A stretch of 64,000 nucleotides of DNA from Pecten maximus (taxonomy: Eukaryota): the NCBI RefSeq assembly GCF_902652985.1, contig NC_047033.1, positions 19,902,001 to 19,966,000 on the forward strand, read 5' to 3'. Every line of letters starts with the position of its first letter. Position 1 is the first letter of the stretch. The position numbers were made by a program, and so were the translations under genes. Shown here piece by piece: positions 50,763 to 62,361 of this stretch. The notes below the pieces were generated by a model. The model ran no database searches. It was not told the DNA's origin and worked only from the letters and a program-made list of their open reading frames with translations.

Positions 50763-51379
50763 ACATGAAATGTGTTTTTGTTTCCATGGTGATAATATAT
50801 GCTTTCTTGTTTTAGAATAATCATATTTAAGATTGATTTTTTTTTCAACAAACATTTTTAAAACATTTTTTTTCTTTTATTTTGCGGAACTACTTTCATA
50901 TTTACAAAACAACCCTGTTATGTAGTTTATCCCATCATGCCTTTCGCTGCGCCCCTACCGTGACGTGATCATCAAACAAAAAAACCCACAATGATATGTT
51001 AGGTGATATACTGCAATGATGTAAAACATGTTATATGACAACTAACACATTTCCTTGGACACTCCAGTCTTGATACCAGGTTAACCAGTCGGAGTTGACT
51101 TTATAGTTTAATGACCTCTTCACCACAGCATACATGTATTAGCTTTAGAAGAATGATTCATGCTTGGCTAATAAATAAAAACAGGTTTTTTTTTTACTTA
51201 TTCAATACAAGATGGTAATTATTATTTGACATATTTCCTTAAATTTGACCTGATAGCTTTTATTTTACAATGACATATTATCCCTTTATTTTGCATCGTG
51301 AAGCAGCATTCTGTTAAGCCCCACCTTGCTTGACATTATCAGCAGATACGGAAATCTTACACATGGACACACGTTTTTG

Positions 51380-52210
51380 TGCACAAAAAAATGTTTATAC
51401 AGCAGAGTGCAGAAGATGATCAATTTCCAACTTTAAGAACCATGTATATAACTCCTTGGCTGTTGAATTCATCTCATTGGAATCGCTTCCTTCACGAGAT
51501 TATTAAATCCGACACTAAATCGGAAACGTTTCGGTCGTATTTTTTTTTAAATTGCAGTTAAAGTACAAGGAAGTTCAATTGTTCTCTACTGACGGATCAA
51601 AGGACGATCACGGGATAGCTACAGCCATGGTAACAAAAGATGCTGCTTTGGATTTTGGCTTCCAAATGGTGTGCATTTTTTTTTCTGTAGAAGCCCTTCA
51701 AAACTTATTAAACCTAAAATACGTAAGAACTAGGAAACTGCCAAAATCAAGTATCATTTCTGACTCATTATCTTTCCTACAAAGCTTAAACAACCGGTAG
51801 TTCAATTATTCAGTACATATTTTAAGAATTAAAACAAAAAATAAATGCCACAGAGGCAAAGTAATTAATCAAACAATTGCAAACAAAACAAACAATACGA
51901 TATCAAACCTACCATCGGGTGTCATTGTTGTTATTAGACAAAAACGCCGAGACGAGGTGGTCCTCGCCTGTCTTTAAATGGATCATTTTTATATTACACA
52001 TTCTTTATCTACTGAAGCGGGGGTATCAGCGTCGGTGCACAGCATTTGACAAATCTTTTACAATGAACCACATTTCACATGACTACATCGGCCTACAACT
52101 AACAAGAGATATTTTTACCAGAACATACCAAATACAAGATCTCTGTTACTGTCAGTCTAACCAAAATTTTAGATTTCCTGAAACCTGTTGGCCTATTCAA
52201 GAAGATTAAG
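51380..52210 (+). mobile_element. Highly decayed 3' end of an RNase-H-bearing LINE (I-group)
   Basis: FSTDGSKDDHGIATA...SVEAL...IISDSLSFLQSLNN is an RNase H fold (TDGS, E, SDS). Many frameshifts. Confidence 0.65.
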
Positions 52211-54810
52211 CGAACCATTGTCATTTGCTTTTGACAGTGTGTGAGCTTGCTAATATCCTGGTCATTGTAGTGTCTTTATTTGGGACCAACCCATAAACAA
52301 AACACATCATTCTTTAGAAACAATGCGTAAAAATATCGTTTTCTATTGTATTTTGTTTTTACTTTTTTTGTAAATATTATAGGGCTAAGAGTGTAAATAC
52401 CATATTGCCTAAAAACGGATCTTTCTGACAATTAAGATGAACATTACAATGATTTGGTCATACAATATGAACAAAATCTAACGGCGAATCAGGCATAGAT
52501 GCCGAGTTTTACAGTTCGCCCAACTTTACGAAGGATCCACAGTTATTTATGAAACAAACAATCCGATAAATGTTGTAATATTTTAACTATTTTTGAGTTA
52601 GTCTTTGTACTTTTTTTTAGTCCATGCAGATTATTCTTATAAATAAAAGTGATTTGGTAGCTGCAAACTGGCTAGCCATCTTCAAAAGACTACTCCCTAA
52701 CGGGTACACGACAATGTTGGTAAAAACAACCAAATTCATACAAGTATGGCTAGTTTTCATTCTGTAGCGGGCGCGGGAGCTATTAACGATTAACACATCA
52801 AAGTCTTTTTTTCGATATAATATGCTAAAAGACGACCCTGTTTGTGTTCGTTTTAATGTGTCATAAGAATATCACCAAATTGATTGTATTGTTTGGATAA
52901 AAGAGAGTGAAAGAAATAGTGCTACAGTCAGTAATCTTTCTTTGTATTTTTCTTTTCATTCATTTCTTTTTTCTTCTTCGTTTTTTAATTAACGGCCTAT
53001 CAACAATATAGATATTAGCGAGATTATAAGAAATGAAATAAAGTAATCGGTAAATAAGCTATCATTACAGACATTTATGACACACGGGATGTAGAAGGTC
53101 ATTAACCATTGTCAGGACATGGAGTCACTTTTAACTCATAGTAATCAAGGTTATTTATTTCAGCATAGATGGGTATTTTTAGTCATTGGAGTATGACAAC
53201 AAAATTGATTCTTACAAAAGTTTGTAAACACACATTTGTTCATACCCCTACGAAACTAAAAAAATAATTGACATCGACGCTTATAATTTATTTTTGTTAT
53301 TGATTTTCAAAATCGAAGAATGTTTTATGTACAATTAAACTGATCTTATAAGGGATTCTTTTTCACAAATTTATACGCAACGTCAATGGCCGTATTGTGA
53401 CGTCACATTTTTCGCGCCATTTGTGGATCTCAAACAATTAGATAGCCGCATTCCGCGTACAAACAATGGAAAATTAATTATAAACGGGGGAAGGGTTGAG
53501 CATTCACAGACAATTCAAATTCTACAACAACTAACATAGTTTTATGCATAATCGGTTTCTTCAAAATAAGAAGTATATATTGGAATATTATCTCTTAGTT
53601 TGAAATTGTCTGGGTAGCTTGTGGTAAAACTTGTGGTGAATCCCATATAAACGAATCATAGTCCAGTTTTTTAATTGAATTAGTTGTATTTATTTTAGAC
53701 GTTTAATAACAGTGAAGTTTTAAAACGAATTATATCTTAATATGTATTTAAAGCATAGCCTAATGCTTGGTTTGTATGGCTTACACATTAATTACAACAA
53801 ACCGACAAGAAATGTTTAAAATATTTTGTACAAATAATTCACGGATCTCGTTAAGATATAAATACATTGTAAATTTCCAATCGATAGCACCGAACCGATG
53901 CAGTCTTTATATTGTTATCTCACAGAAGTATACTGCCAAAAACACCCAGCAGGTGGGTGTTAAGCAGAAGTATCAACTACCGAAACGCTGTAATGTCTAG
54001 GCAAGGGGGCCGAACCAAAAGCAGGACGAAAGAGGAATTTTGTCCTTGAGGCAAGGACAAACTTTGTTTTCAAATCCGGACTTATTTGAGGTCATTTAAG
54101 AACGCCCTATACCTCAAATAAGGGACTTTAGTGTTGATGATAGGAGGAGACCAGAGACAGAATTCGAAATAGAAAATAAAACGTATGATCAAAAGAACCG
54201 CGTAACTTGTTAGTAAGAAATGGGGGTTTTACGGTTTTAACGTATTTAGCTGTAATTAAACTTCTTACATTCTTAACGGCTCATCACAACTGAATAGGAT
54301 ATTGGTGGGAAAATGGGGATTTGAATTGGTATGAAACGAAACATAACATCAAACAAACGAAAGATGGAAAAAAATTATTCGCTTCAAGACAAGGAAACGT
54401 TTCGTAACGTGGTGGCTTTTAATTATTTTATGATTTGAGACATGGAAACCGCTCATTCCTCTTAATCATCTCGACGTTTAAAATACTTATCTCTATTTCT
54501 GTAATTGAATAATTTAAGTTCACAGTGTGATGGATTAAGACTAACAAAATTTTGATAATGGTTTATATATGCAATGAAAATAGACGTTTATATTTATGTA
54601 TTCATATCTAACTACACTTATCAATAAGTAACTTAATTAGTAAGCTATGGAGCATGTTTCTAAATTTGTCAAAGCAGTCATTACTATAAAGTCTTTCGTG
54701 CCACATCTTACTTTACTGCAAACTTGTAATATTCAAACGGTATTTGTTTTACTTTGTTTTGCTTTAAGGATTAAACGTCCAAGAAATAGCCAGGGTCGTA
54801 TGAGGACGGG

Positions 54811-55680
54811 TGTTACGGCCTAAATGTTAGTTTTATGTTGAATTTATTGTTTAGTTTCATTTGTGGTAGTTTTGTTAAGATTCCGGAAAATACGGTTATC
54901 CGGTTTCCGGTTTTAGTATAGACGAATATTATGGGATAGCGTTATCCAAGCGCAGCACATGTTTTGAGTATGAGAAGATTCGTTCGGACTATCGTAGGAT
55001 ACGATACGGTAACTAATTACTGTTGAATGATTTGAATATGATTTATGCTTGTTTAGGAATCCATGTCATCATGTTATAATGTCATTTTGGATAATTCGGC
55101 CAATATATAAATATGTCAGTGAACCGTGGACAGACGACAAGTCCCTCGTGCATTCTAGTCTATCACTTGATTTCTGCTGTATTTGTATGCTATGATATGA
55201 TTGATACATTGCTGTTTCATTGCTGTTTAACTCGCTTAAATGTGTAAGAGTAATAGTATCGTAATAGTATTGTATTTTGCTATATTTATCAGGTTCGGTT
55301 AAATTCATTCTGGGCCGAAACGTCCTAGTCTTGTCAAGTCATGTGTATTGTATACTGAATAGTAGAGGGCGAGTTGTCTCGATCTCATCTATAGATCAAA
55401 CTCGTCATGTGTTATAGATAATAAGGCATAATAGTAACTGTTGCTTAGTTAATTAGTCTAATAAGTACTGTTTCTTTTCGTTACAGTCAATCTATCTACG
55501 TAGAACTATCACTGAGTCAATACACCTGTACTATACTTGTATGTAGTTGATGTCAAAGATAATAAACACAGATGAAGCCATGAAGATGGAATTGACCTCA
55601 TTTATTATTTACGATAGCCAGAGCGATTTCGAGGCGTATTCGACGCCTACATTCATTGACGTATCATCCCAGATGTAAGA
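54811..55680 (+). repeat. 5' LTR of BEL copy 1 (3' boundary inferred)
   Basis: 54811-55326 matches 61845-62361 and 62362-62878. AATAAA at 55561 and gtaaga at 55675-55680 (imperfect inverse of TGTTAC) suggest an LTR of ~870 bp. Confidence 0.65.
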
Positions 55681-55723
55681 GGTATGATCTTCAAGCTTTT
55701 AAGTGATACAGATCTGGAACAAG

Positions 55724-57421
55724 ATGGCTACTAGAGACAGAGAAGCTGTAGAAGGTTACATGTATGACTTAAATTCAGATTCTGGACGGGCCAGAAAATT
55801 TAGTGAGAAAGGCATGCAGTACAATATGGAACAGCTTGACAAAAAATACAAGTCTCTATGTAGGTCAGAAAGATATTTAAAAGAAATAGCCACTGAAGAT
55901 GACGAACCTTTGGATATTGTGCGTAAAAAATACAGTATGTGGATGAGTGAGTTCGAAAAATATTTGGAACTATATGACATTTTACTGCCCCAAATCTCTT
56001 TCCAAGAGCATGATGAGTTTGTTAAAAGGTTCAATGAGAATTATGATTCTGCGAAACAATTCAAAGGTTGGATTGAGGACTACATTTCTTCGCGGAGTGC
56101 TATGACATTGAGTAAGAACACTTTATCTGTAGCCGAAGAGTTGAGTGTGGCTGGCGAGAAAATAGACCAAGGCATTATAAAGAAAACTGATCCAGAAGCC
56201 GAGGATAATGTATCCGTTTCCAGTACTGCCAGTTCATACGCGTCTCTGAAACGTATCAAAGAAGAACAGGTTAGGGTAGAATTAGAGACAAGGAAACTAG
56301 CGTTATCAAAGAAACATGAAATTGAGTTAGCTAAGTTGTCGCTAAAGCTCAAAGAGGAAGAGCTGGAACTTGATACCGGTATAGCTGTCGCTCAAGCGAG
56401 AAGCGGAGTACTCGACAAGTACGACTCAAATGAAAATCTTAATGCTTCAGTTGACCAGGCTCTTGCGTTCGAGCAACCGCGATTTACCTCCCCTAAGCCG
56501 CGACCATTGCCTGTACGATTTACAGATGAAAGTGTTTGTGCAAGTCCCCCTCCAGTCCTATATGATAGACCTAGACCGCATACGACTGGTGTAGCAGAAG
56601 TGTCATCGAGAACACTACCTGAACAATATGTTGATTCGTCCCATTCACAAACCGTAGTTCAGTCGGTAGTTCAACATTTAAGAAAACCTGTGGCAGAGGT
56701 AAAGAAGTTTAGTGGAGATCCTCTAGAATATCGCAGATTTATTCGTCAATTTAACTCGAAGGTTGTAATCAACACTGATGATGACGATGAAAGGATGAAC
56801 TACCTTGAACAACTTACATTCGGAGATGCACATAAAGTGGTGTCGGGATTCAGCCATCTTAATGGCGACAAGGCTTATAAGGCAGCCATGAGTCAGCTGG
56901 AGGATCGCTATGGCGATGAGGAAGTTATAGCGACAGCTTTCATCAAGAAAGCATTAGACTGGCCCACCATTCGTCCTGGAGACCCGAAGGCACTCGATGA
57001 CTTCTCTTTGTTTCTTGTAGAGTGTGATAATGCAGTTGGCACAGAATCAAATGGCGTTCTTGACTACTCGGACAATATTAAGAAATTAATGCTCAAACTA
57101 CCCTTCTATCTGCATGATAAATGGAGGAACCAAGTATACAAGTACAAGGAAGCAAAGAGGAAGGTTCGGTTCCAAGACTTGATGAAGTTTGTGAAGGCAG
57201 AGGCTAAGAAAGTCAACGACCCTACTATGGAAGTAATGCCACTGGGACTTCAAGACCAAAGACTCAGACAAAGATTGCACGTTCCAGCAATGCAGTTCCC
57301 GAGATTGTTACAGATTCTATACCCAAGAGCACCAGTGAAACCGTACCTCCTCCAGCCCCGAATTATAAGTGTTTCTTCTGTGACTCTACTTCCCATTCTC
57401 TGGATTCTTGCAAAAAGATAA
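55724..57421 (+). CDS. gag: BEL/Pao Gag (DUF1759-type); frameshift near 57228
   Basis: KFSGDPLEYRRF..F..ERMNYLEQLT.GDA..Y..AM..LEDRYG motif. The zinc knuckle CFFCDSTSHSLDSC continues in another frame. Confidence 0.88.
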   Translation: MATRDREAVEGYMYDLNSDSGRARKFSEKGMQYNMEQLDKKYKSLCRSERYLKEIATEDDEPLDIVRKKYSMWMSEFEKYLELYDILLPQISFQEHDEFVKRFNENYDSAKQFKGWIEDYISSRSAMTLSKNTLSVAEELSVAGEKIDQGIIKKTDPEAEDNVSVSSTASSYASLKRIKEEQVRVELETRKLALSKKHEIELAKLSLKLKEEELELDTGIAVAQARSGVLDKYDSNENLNASVDQALAFEQPRFTSPKPRPLPVRFTDESVCASPPPVLYDRPRPHTTGVAEVSSRTLPEQYVDSSHSQTVVQSVVQHLRKPVAEVKKFSGDPLEYRRFIRQFNSKVVINTDDDDERMNYLEQLTFGDAHKVVSGFSHLNGDKAYKAAMSQLEDRYGDEEVIATAFIKKALDWPTIRPGDPKALDDFSLFLVECDNAVGTESNGVLDYSDNIKKLMLKLPFYLHDKWRNQVYKYKEAKRKVRFQDLMKFVKAEAKKVNDPTMEVMPLGLQDQRLRQRLHVPAMQFPRLLQILYPRAPVKPYLLQPRIISVSSVTLLPILWILAKR

Positions 57422-57432
57422 CTGCCAAACCT

Positions 57433-58767
57433 ATGAACGAAAGAGTCAACTTCATTAAAGAAAAGGGATTATGCTTTGGCTGTCTCAAGAAAGGCCACTT
57501 GTCGAAGAGATGCCGTAATCGTTCCAAGTGCGGCATATGCAAAAAAAGTCATCCATCTATCTTACACAACGAAGAAAGCTCGTCAGTTGTTAGTGTATCG
57601 AATGCCAGTACTGGTTATGCTATCGCAAAAGAAGATCAAAAGGGGGATGTGTCTTGTGCCATGGCGATAGTCCCAGTTAGAATTCGCTTGCGTGATAAAC
57701 CTCATAGTATAGAGACATACGCATTCTTGGATACAGGTAGTAGCGCTTCGTTTTGCACCGAGACAGTTATGAAACAGCTTGGAGCTAGAGGTAAGAAGAC
57801 ACAGCTTACACTGAGTACAATGGGTGAGCCATTTATCATGAACACATTTTCCATCAGTGGACTGCAAGTAAGTGACATTAACTCGGAAAATGCTATTGAT
57901 CTTCCGCGAGTGTTCACGAAGGAAAAAATGCCTGTGTCTAGGAAGCACATCCCAACACAAGCAGAGGTGTCAAGGTGGGAACACTTAGCAAAGGTTTCAC
58001 TAGCTGAGCCTAACTGTGAGATAGGTTTGATGATTGGCAGCAACGTACCAGATGCCTACTCGCCTATTGAGATACTTGCAGGCCCTTGTGGATCACCACA
58101 TGCCACAAGAACTAAGCTTGGATGGGTGGTCTGGAATGTTCTTCGAGAAAGCGGTACTATACAAGTCAACAGAGTTCACATTCAGGATGAGTCTGGAGAA
58201 GACATCGAAGACATGGTTAAGAGATCTATGAACCCTGATTTCCCTGAGCGTCTTATTGACGATAGAAAAGAAAACTCGAGGGAGGACAAACAATTTTTGG
58301 ATATGGCTGAAAACTCTATTTATAAGGATGGAGAACATTACTGCGTTTCGTTGCCATTTCGTAACAAGGTCACTATTTTGCCTGATAACTCGGTAATGGC
58401 TAAACGGAGATTACGCAGCATTGAGAACAGGTTCAAGGCAGATCCCAAGTTCAAAGAAGATTACACTACCTTCATGGAAAAACTGTTGGAGAAAGGTCAT
58501 GCGGAACCAGCACCTGTGGGATTTGACAAAGGAAAGGTCTGGTACATTCCTCATCATGGTGTATACCACAAGAAAAAGAACAAGATTCGAGTGGTGTTTG
58601 ATTGCTCTGCGCGATATCAAGGTGTCTCCCTTAACGACAACTTACTCCAGGGACCTGACCTTACAAACAATCTTCTTGGTGTGTTGATGCGATTCCGGGA
58701 GGAACCAGTGGCTGTCATTGGAGACATTGAAGCGATGTTCTATCAGGTGAAAGGTCCCAGTAAATGA
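57433..58767 (+). CDS. pol: BEL/Pao polyprotein segment: Cys-His knuckles, aspartic protease, N-terminal RT; frameshift near 58750
   Basis: CFGCLKKGHLSKRC, CGICKKSHPSILH, AFLDTGSSASF, WYIPHHGV, KIRVVFDCSA, SLNDNLLQGPDL, DIEAMFYQV. Confidence 0.92.
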   Translation: MNERVNFIKEKGLCFGCLKKGHLSKRCRNRSKCGICKKSHPSILHNEESSSVVSVSNASTGYAIAKEDQKGDVSCAMAIVPVRIRLRDKPHSIETYAFLDTGSSASFCTETVMKQLGARGKKTQLTLSTMGEPFIMNTFSISGLQVSDINSENAIDLPRVFTKEKMPVSRKHIPTQAEVSRWEHLAKVSLAEPNCEIGLMIGSNVPDAYSPIEILAGPCGSPHATRTKLGWVVWNVLRESGTIQVNRVHIQDESGEDIEDMVKRSMNPDFPERLIDDRKENSREDKQFLDMAENSIYKDGEHYCVSLPFRNKVTILPDNSVMAKRRLRSIENRFKADPKFKEDYTTFMEKLLEKGHAEPAPVGFDKGKVWYIPHHGVYHKKKNKIRVVFDCSARYQGVSLNDNLLQGPDLTNNLLGVLMRFREEPVAVIGDIEAMFYQVKGPSK

Positions 58768-58834
58768 AAGAGACTATCTGCGATTTTACTGGTGGCCCAA
58801 CGGGAATACTGCGAATGAGCCAAGGAGCTACAGG

Positions 58835-60145
58835 ATGACGGTTCACCTGTTTGGAGCCTCATCATCTCCCAGTGTTTGCAACTTTGCTCTTCAGAAAACT
58901 GCAGAGGACAGTCAAAAACGGTTTCCCCAAGAAGTTCAGGACACACTGAAAAGAAATATGTATGTCGATGACTGTCTGACCTCCGTTGCTACAGAGAAGA
59001 AGGCGATTAGTCTTATACATGATGTGACTCAAATGTGTAAATCCGGAGGATTCCGACTTACCAAATGGACGAGTAACAGTGATGTGGTTGTGGAATCTAT
59101 TCCAGAGGGTGATCGTGCCCAAGAAGTCAAGTTGTGGAGTCTGGATAGTAAGCCACCTATCGAAAGAGCTCTCGGAGTTTATTGGTTCATGGAGAATGAC
59201 TCCCTTGGATTCCAAATTCAGATGAAAGACAAGCCCGTTACTAGAAGAGGTATTCTATCAGTAACCAGCTCAGTGTACGATCCTTTAGGAATTGCATCCC
59301 CGTTTGTTCTTAAGGCCAAGTCAATTCTGCAAAGACTTTGTAGGGATGGTAAGGGATGGGATGAGGAGATCACAGGAAAAGATCTGAAGGACTGGACCGA
59401 TTGGCTGCTTCAGCTACCTGAACTAGAGCATGTTACCATTGATCGGTGTTACAAAGGGAAAAACCTCGGCAAGGTAACCTCCTGTCAACTTCATGGTTTC
59501 GCAGATGCAAGTGACATTGGATATGGAATGGTATTCTATCTTCGACTCGTTGATGTCACTGGAAAGATCCACTGCTCGTTCTTGTTCGGGAAGGCGAGAG
59601 TCGCACCACTGAAGGCAGTGACTATACCCCGGATGGAACTTACAGCTGCCTCTTCTCTAGTGAAGTTGGTCAGGATGGTGACAGAACAGCTGAATTACAA
59701 CATAGATCGATTCTTCTTTTGGACTGACAGCACTTCAGTCTTAAGGTATATCGCAAACAAGAATTTGCGCTTCCACACGTTCGTAGCTAACCGCATTGCT
59801 CTTATCCACGAAGCTACGTCGGAAGATGACTGGTATTACATCAACACTAAGGAGAATCCAGCTGATGTTGCATCAAGAGGAACGAGCATTTCGAAGTTGC
59901 CTGACTCGTGGACTCGTGGACCAATGTTCCTCTGGAAATCCGAACGTGAATGGCCCGTTGTGGAAAAGGATGTTAAGATCACGGATAAAGAGAATGATCC
60001 TGAAATAAGGACGACTGCGTGCGCTACATCAGTTGTTTTAGACACAAACAGTGGTGTCGAAAATCTTTTCGACTATTACTCCAACTTTAATAAGCTTAGG
60101 AGAGCTACTGGATGGCTTATGAGAGCTATGGACAACCTGCAGTGA
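58835..60145 (+). CDS. pol: BEL/Pao polyprotein segment: RT (YVDD) and RNase H/Pao A17 region; in-frame TGA at 60143
   Basis: HLFGASSSP, MYVDD, YDPLG, LHGFADAS, KARVAP..TIPRMEL, WTDS, NPADVASRG. Confidence 0.92.
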   Translation: MTVHLFGASSSPSVCNFALQKTAEDSQKRFPQEVQDTLKRNMYVDDCLTSVATEKKAISLIHDVTQMCKSGGFRLTKWTSNSDVVVESIPEGDRAQEVKLWSLDSKPPIERALGVYWFMENDSLGFQIQMKDKPVTRRGILSVTSSVYDPLGIASPFVLKAKSILQRLCRDGKGWDEEITGKDLKDWTDWLLQLPELEHVTIDRCYKGKNLGKVTSCQLHGFADASDIGYGMVFYLRLVDVTGKIHCSFLFGKARVAPLKAVTIPRMELTAASSLVKLVRMVTEQLNYNIDRFFFWTDSTSVLRYIANKNLRFHTFVANRIALIHEATSEDDWYYINTKENPADVASRGTSISKLPDSWTRGPMFLWKSEREWPVVEKDVKITDKENDPEIRTTACATSVVLDTNSGVENLFDYYSNFNKLRRATGWLMRAMDNLQ

Positions 60146-60202
60146 GCTGTTGAGAGGAGCCGGCAGATAAAACAGGACATCAGCAGTTCAGAATCTGATC
60201 CT

Positions 60203-61669
60203 GTGAAACGCGACCAGAAAATAAAGTTAGCATTGTCGAAAGAGAGACAGGATAGACTTCTCAAAGGACAGAAAAACCTTCGTACAGCGTGCCTGTCTGT
60301 GGATATTCTGGAACGGGCTGAAGCCGCGTTGATTAAGTATGAGCAACGAAAGTACTTCGCAGCCGAAAGCAAGATCCTTCACAAGGACAATGGTGTTCAG
60401 TCGCGAAAACTCAAGAAGACTTCGAAATTATTCAAGATGGACCCCTTTGTTAAAGATGGTGTCATTCACGTAGGAGGTCGTCTTGAAAGAGCTGAAATTT
60501 CGTATGATGCAAAACACCCCGTGGTGTTGCCTAGGGAATCTGTCGTATCGAGACTCGTTGTGGATGATGCCCACAGATCATGTGGTCACTTAGGAAAAAA
60601 CACTGTTCTTGCATTCATTCGAGAAAACTATTGGATTGTTGGTGCTCGCACTCTGGTGAAATCTATTCTTTCCAAATGTGTGACTTGTAGGAAATACAGA
60701 GCTCCATGTGTTGAGCAAAAGATGGCAAACTTACCCGCAGAGCGACTCGCAGCTGATCAGCCTCCTTTCAGCAGAACTGGGATGGACTTCTTCGGACCCT
60801 TTGAACTGAAACGTGGAAGGAGTGTGGTAAAGCGATATGGGGTATTGTTTACCTGTCTTGTGACTCGTGCGGTCCATTTAGAAGTTGCTGCGTCGCTCGA
60901 TACAGATTCTTGCATCAACTCCATTCGACGATTTATCGCTCGCAGAGGAAAACCTGTATTTATTAGATCGGATAACGGAACCAACCTTGTCGGTGCTCAA
61001 CGAGAAATGAAGGAAAATATTCAGAAATGGAACACAGACAAAATTCGTGATAACATGTTGCAGAGTAGCATTCAGTGGGAATTCAATCCTCCCTCTGGTT
61101 CTCACTTCGGCGGAGTCTGGGAAAGACTCATTAGGTCTGTGAGACAGGTGTTGTACTCTGTTATGCATGAGCAGAATGCGAAACTGGATGACGAAGGACT
61201 TCAGACACTCTTTTGTGAGGTAGAGGCTATCTTAAATGGACGCCCGTTAACTGAAGCATCGGATAACGTAACTGACCTACGGGTTTTGACCCCAAACCAT
61301 CTGCTATTGCTTCAGCCTGGAGAGTATTTCCCACCTGGAACATTCGTCGCCACGGATAACTATGCCAGAAGGAGGTGGAGACAGATACAGTACCTTTCAG
61401 ATATTTTCTGGAATAGGTGGACCAAGGAATACTTACCGCTTCTGCAAGGACGCCAGAAATGGATGAAGAAACGACGCAATATGCAGACTGGAGATCTTGT
61501 GCTGATCGCTGATAGTACACCTAGGCATGCGTGGATAACCGGTAGGATTCAGGAAGTTGTGAAAGACAAACATGACTTAGTGCGATTCGTGAAAGTTAAG
61601 ATCCCTTCCAATGTGTTAACGCGTCCAGTAACAAAACTTGTGCTCTTGCTCGAGTCAGACATTGAGTAA
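60203..61669 (+). CDS. pol: BEL/Pao polyprotein segment: integrase (HHCC + DDE) and C-terminal DUF5641-type region
   Basis: H..CGH..YWI..CVTC, GMDFFGP, FTCLVTRAVHLE, SDNGTN, HFGGVWERLIRSV, LTPNHLL, FWNRWTKEYL, RPVTKL. Same frame as the preceding ORF. Confidence 0.93.
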   Translation: MKRDQKIKLALSKERQDRLLKGQKNLRTACLSVDILERAEAALIKYEQRKYFAAESKILHKDNGVQSRKLKKTSKLFKMDPFVKDGVIHVGGRLERAEISYDAKHPVVLPRESVVSRLVVDDAHRSCGHLGKNTVLAFIRENYWIVGARTLVKSILSKCVTCRKYRAPCVEQKMANLPAERLAADQPPFSRTGMDFFGPFELKRGRSVVKRYGVLFTCLVTRAVHLEVAASLDTDSCINSIRRFIARRGKPVFIRSDNGTNLVGAQREMKENIQKWNTDKIRDNMLQSSIQWEFNPPSGSHFGGVWERLIRSVRQVLYSVMHEQNAKLDDEGLQTLFCEVEAILNGRPLTEASDNVTDLRVLTPNHLLLLQPGEYFPPGTFVATDNYARRRWRQIQYLSDIFWNRWTKEYLPLLQGRQKWMKKRRNMQTGDLVLIADSTPRHAWITGRIQEVVKDKHDLVRFVKVKIPSNVLTRPVTKLVLLLESDIE

Positions 61670-61844
61670 TGGATACGGTGAACGCTCGAGTGAAAGGACA
61701 ATTCGAACTAAAATATCAGATGTACTTTTGTAATTGTGATTATTTTATGATTAAGCATAATGATTTAATTGATGTGTTTGATGGTTATTAGGCCGTTTTT
61801 GCGAATTGATAATCTCGGTTGAAGCCTCGATTAAGGGGCCGGTA

Positions 61845-62361
61845 TGTTACGGCCTAAATGTTAGTTTTATGTTGAATTTATTGTTTAGTTTCATTTGTGG
61901 TAATTTTGTTAAGATTCCGGAAAATACGGTTATCCGGTTTCCGGTTTTAGTATAGACGAATATTATGGGATAGCGTTATCCAAGCGCAGCACATGTTTTG
62001 AGTATGAGAAGATTCGTTCGGACTATCGTAGGATACGATACGGTAACTAATTACTGTTGAATGATTTGAATATGATTTATGCTTGTTTAGGAATTCATGT
62101 CATCATGCTATAATGTCATTTTGGATAATTCGGCCAATATATAAATATGTCAGTGAACCGTGGACAGACGACAAGTCCCTCGTGCATTCTAGTCTATCAC
62201 TTGATTTCTGCTGTATTTGTATGCTATGATATGATTGATACATTGCTGTTTCATTGCTGTTTAACTCGCTATAAATGTGTAAGAGTAATAGTATCGTAAT
62301 AGTATTGTATTTTGCTATATTTATCGGGTTCGGTTAAATTCATTCTGGGCCGAAACGTCCT
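61845..62361 (+). repeat. 3' LTR of BEL copy 1 (first 517 bp)
   Basis: Follows the PPT. About 5 differences from the 5' LTR. Ends abruptly at ...ACGTCCT, where another LTR starts. Confidence 0.9.

Larger units (their letters stand above)
54811..62361 (+). mobile_element. BEL/Pao LTR retrotransposon, copy 1 (near-intact; 3' LTR interrupted)
   Basis: 5' LTR from 54811 (TGTTAC), gag-pol 55724-61669, PPT AAGGGGCCGG ~61833-61842, 3' LTR 61845-62361 (~99% identical to 54811-55326). Inserted into a SINE tail. Confidence 0.96.

Noticed and set aside
57200-57260. Programmed ribosomal frameshift between gag and pol
   Set aside because: No slippery heptamer is evident, the shift falls inside Gag before the zinc knuckles, and BEL/Pao elements normally have one ORF. 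Mutation or sequence error is more likely.
55756-61520. Antisense and overlapping ORFs within the BEL element
   Set aside because: These are shadow ORFs of a long coding strand, with no motifs.
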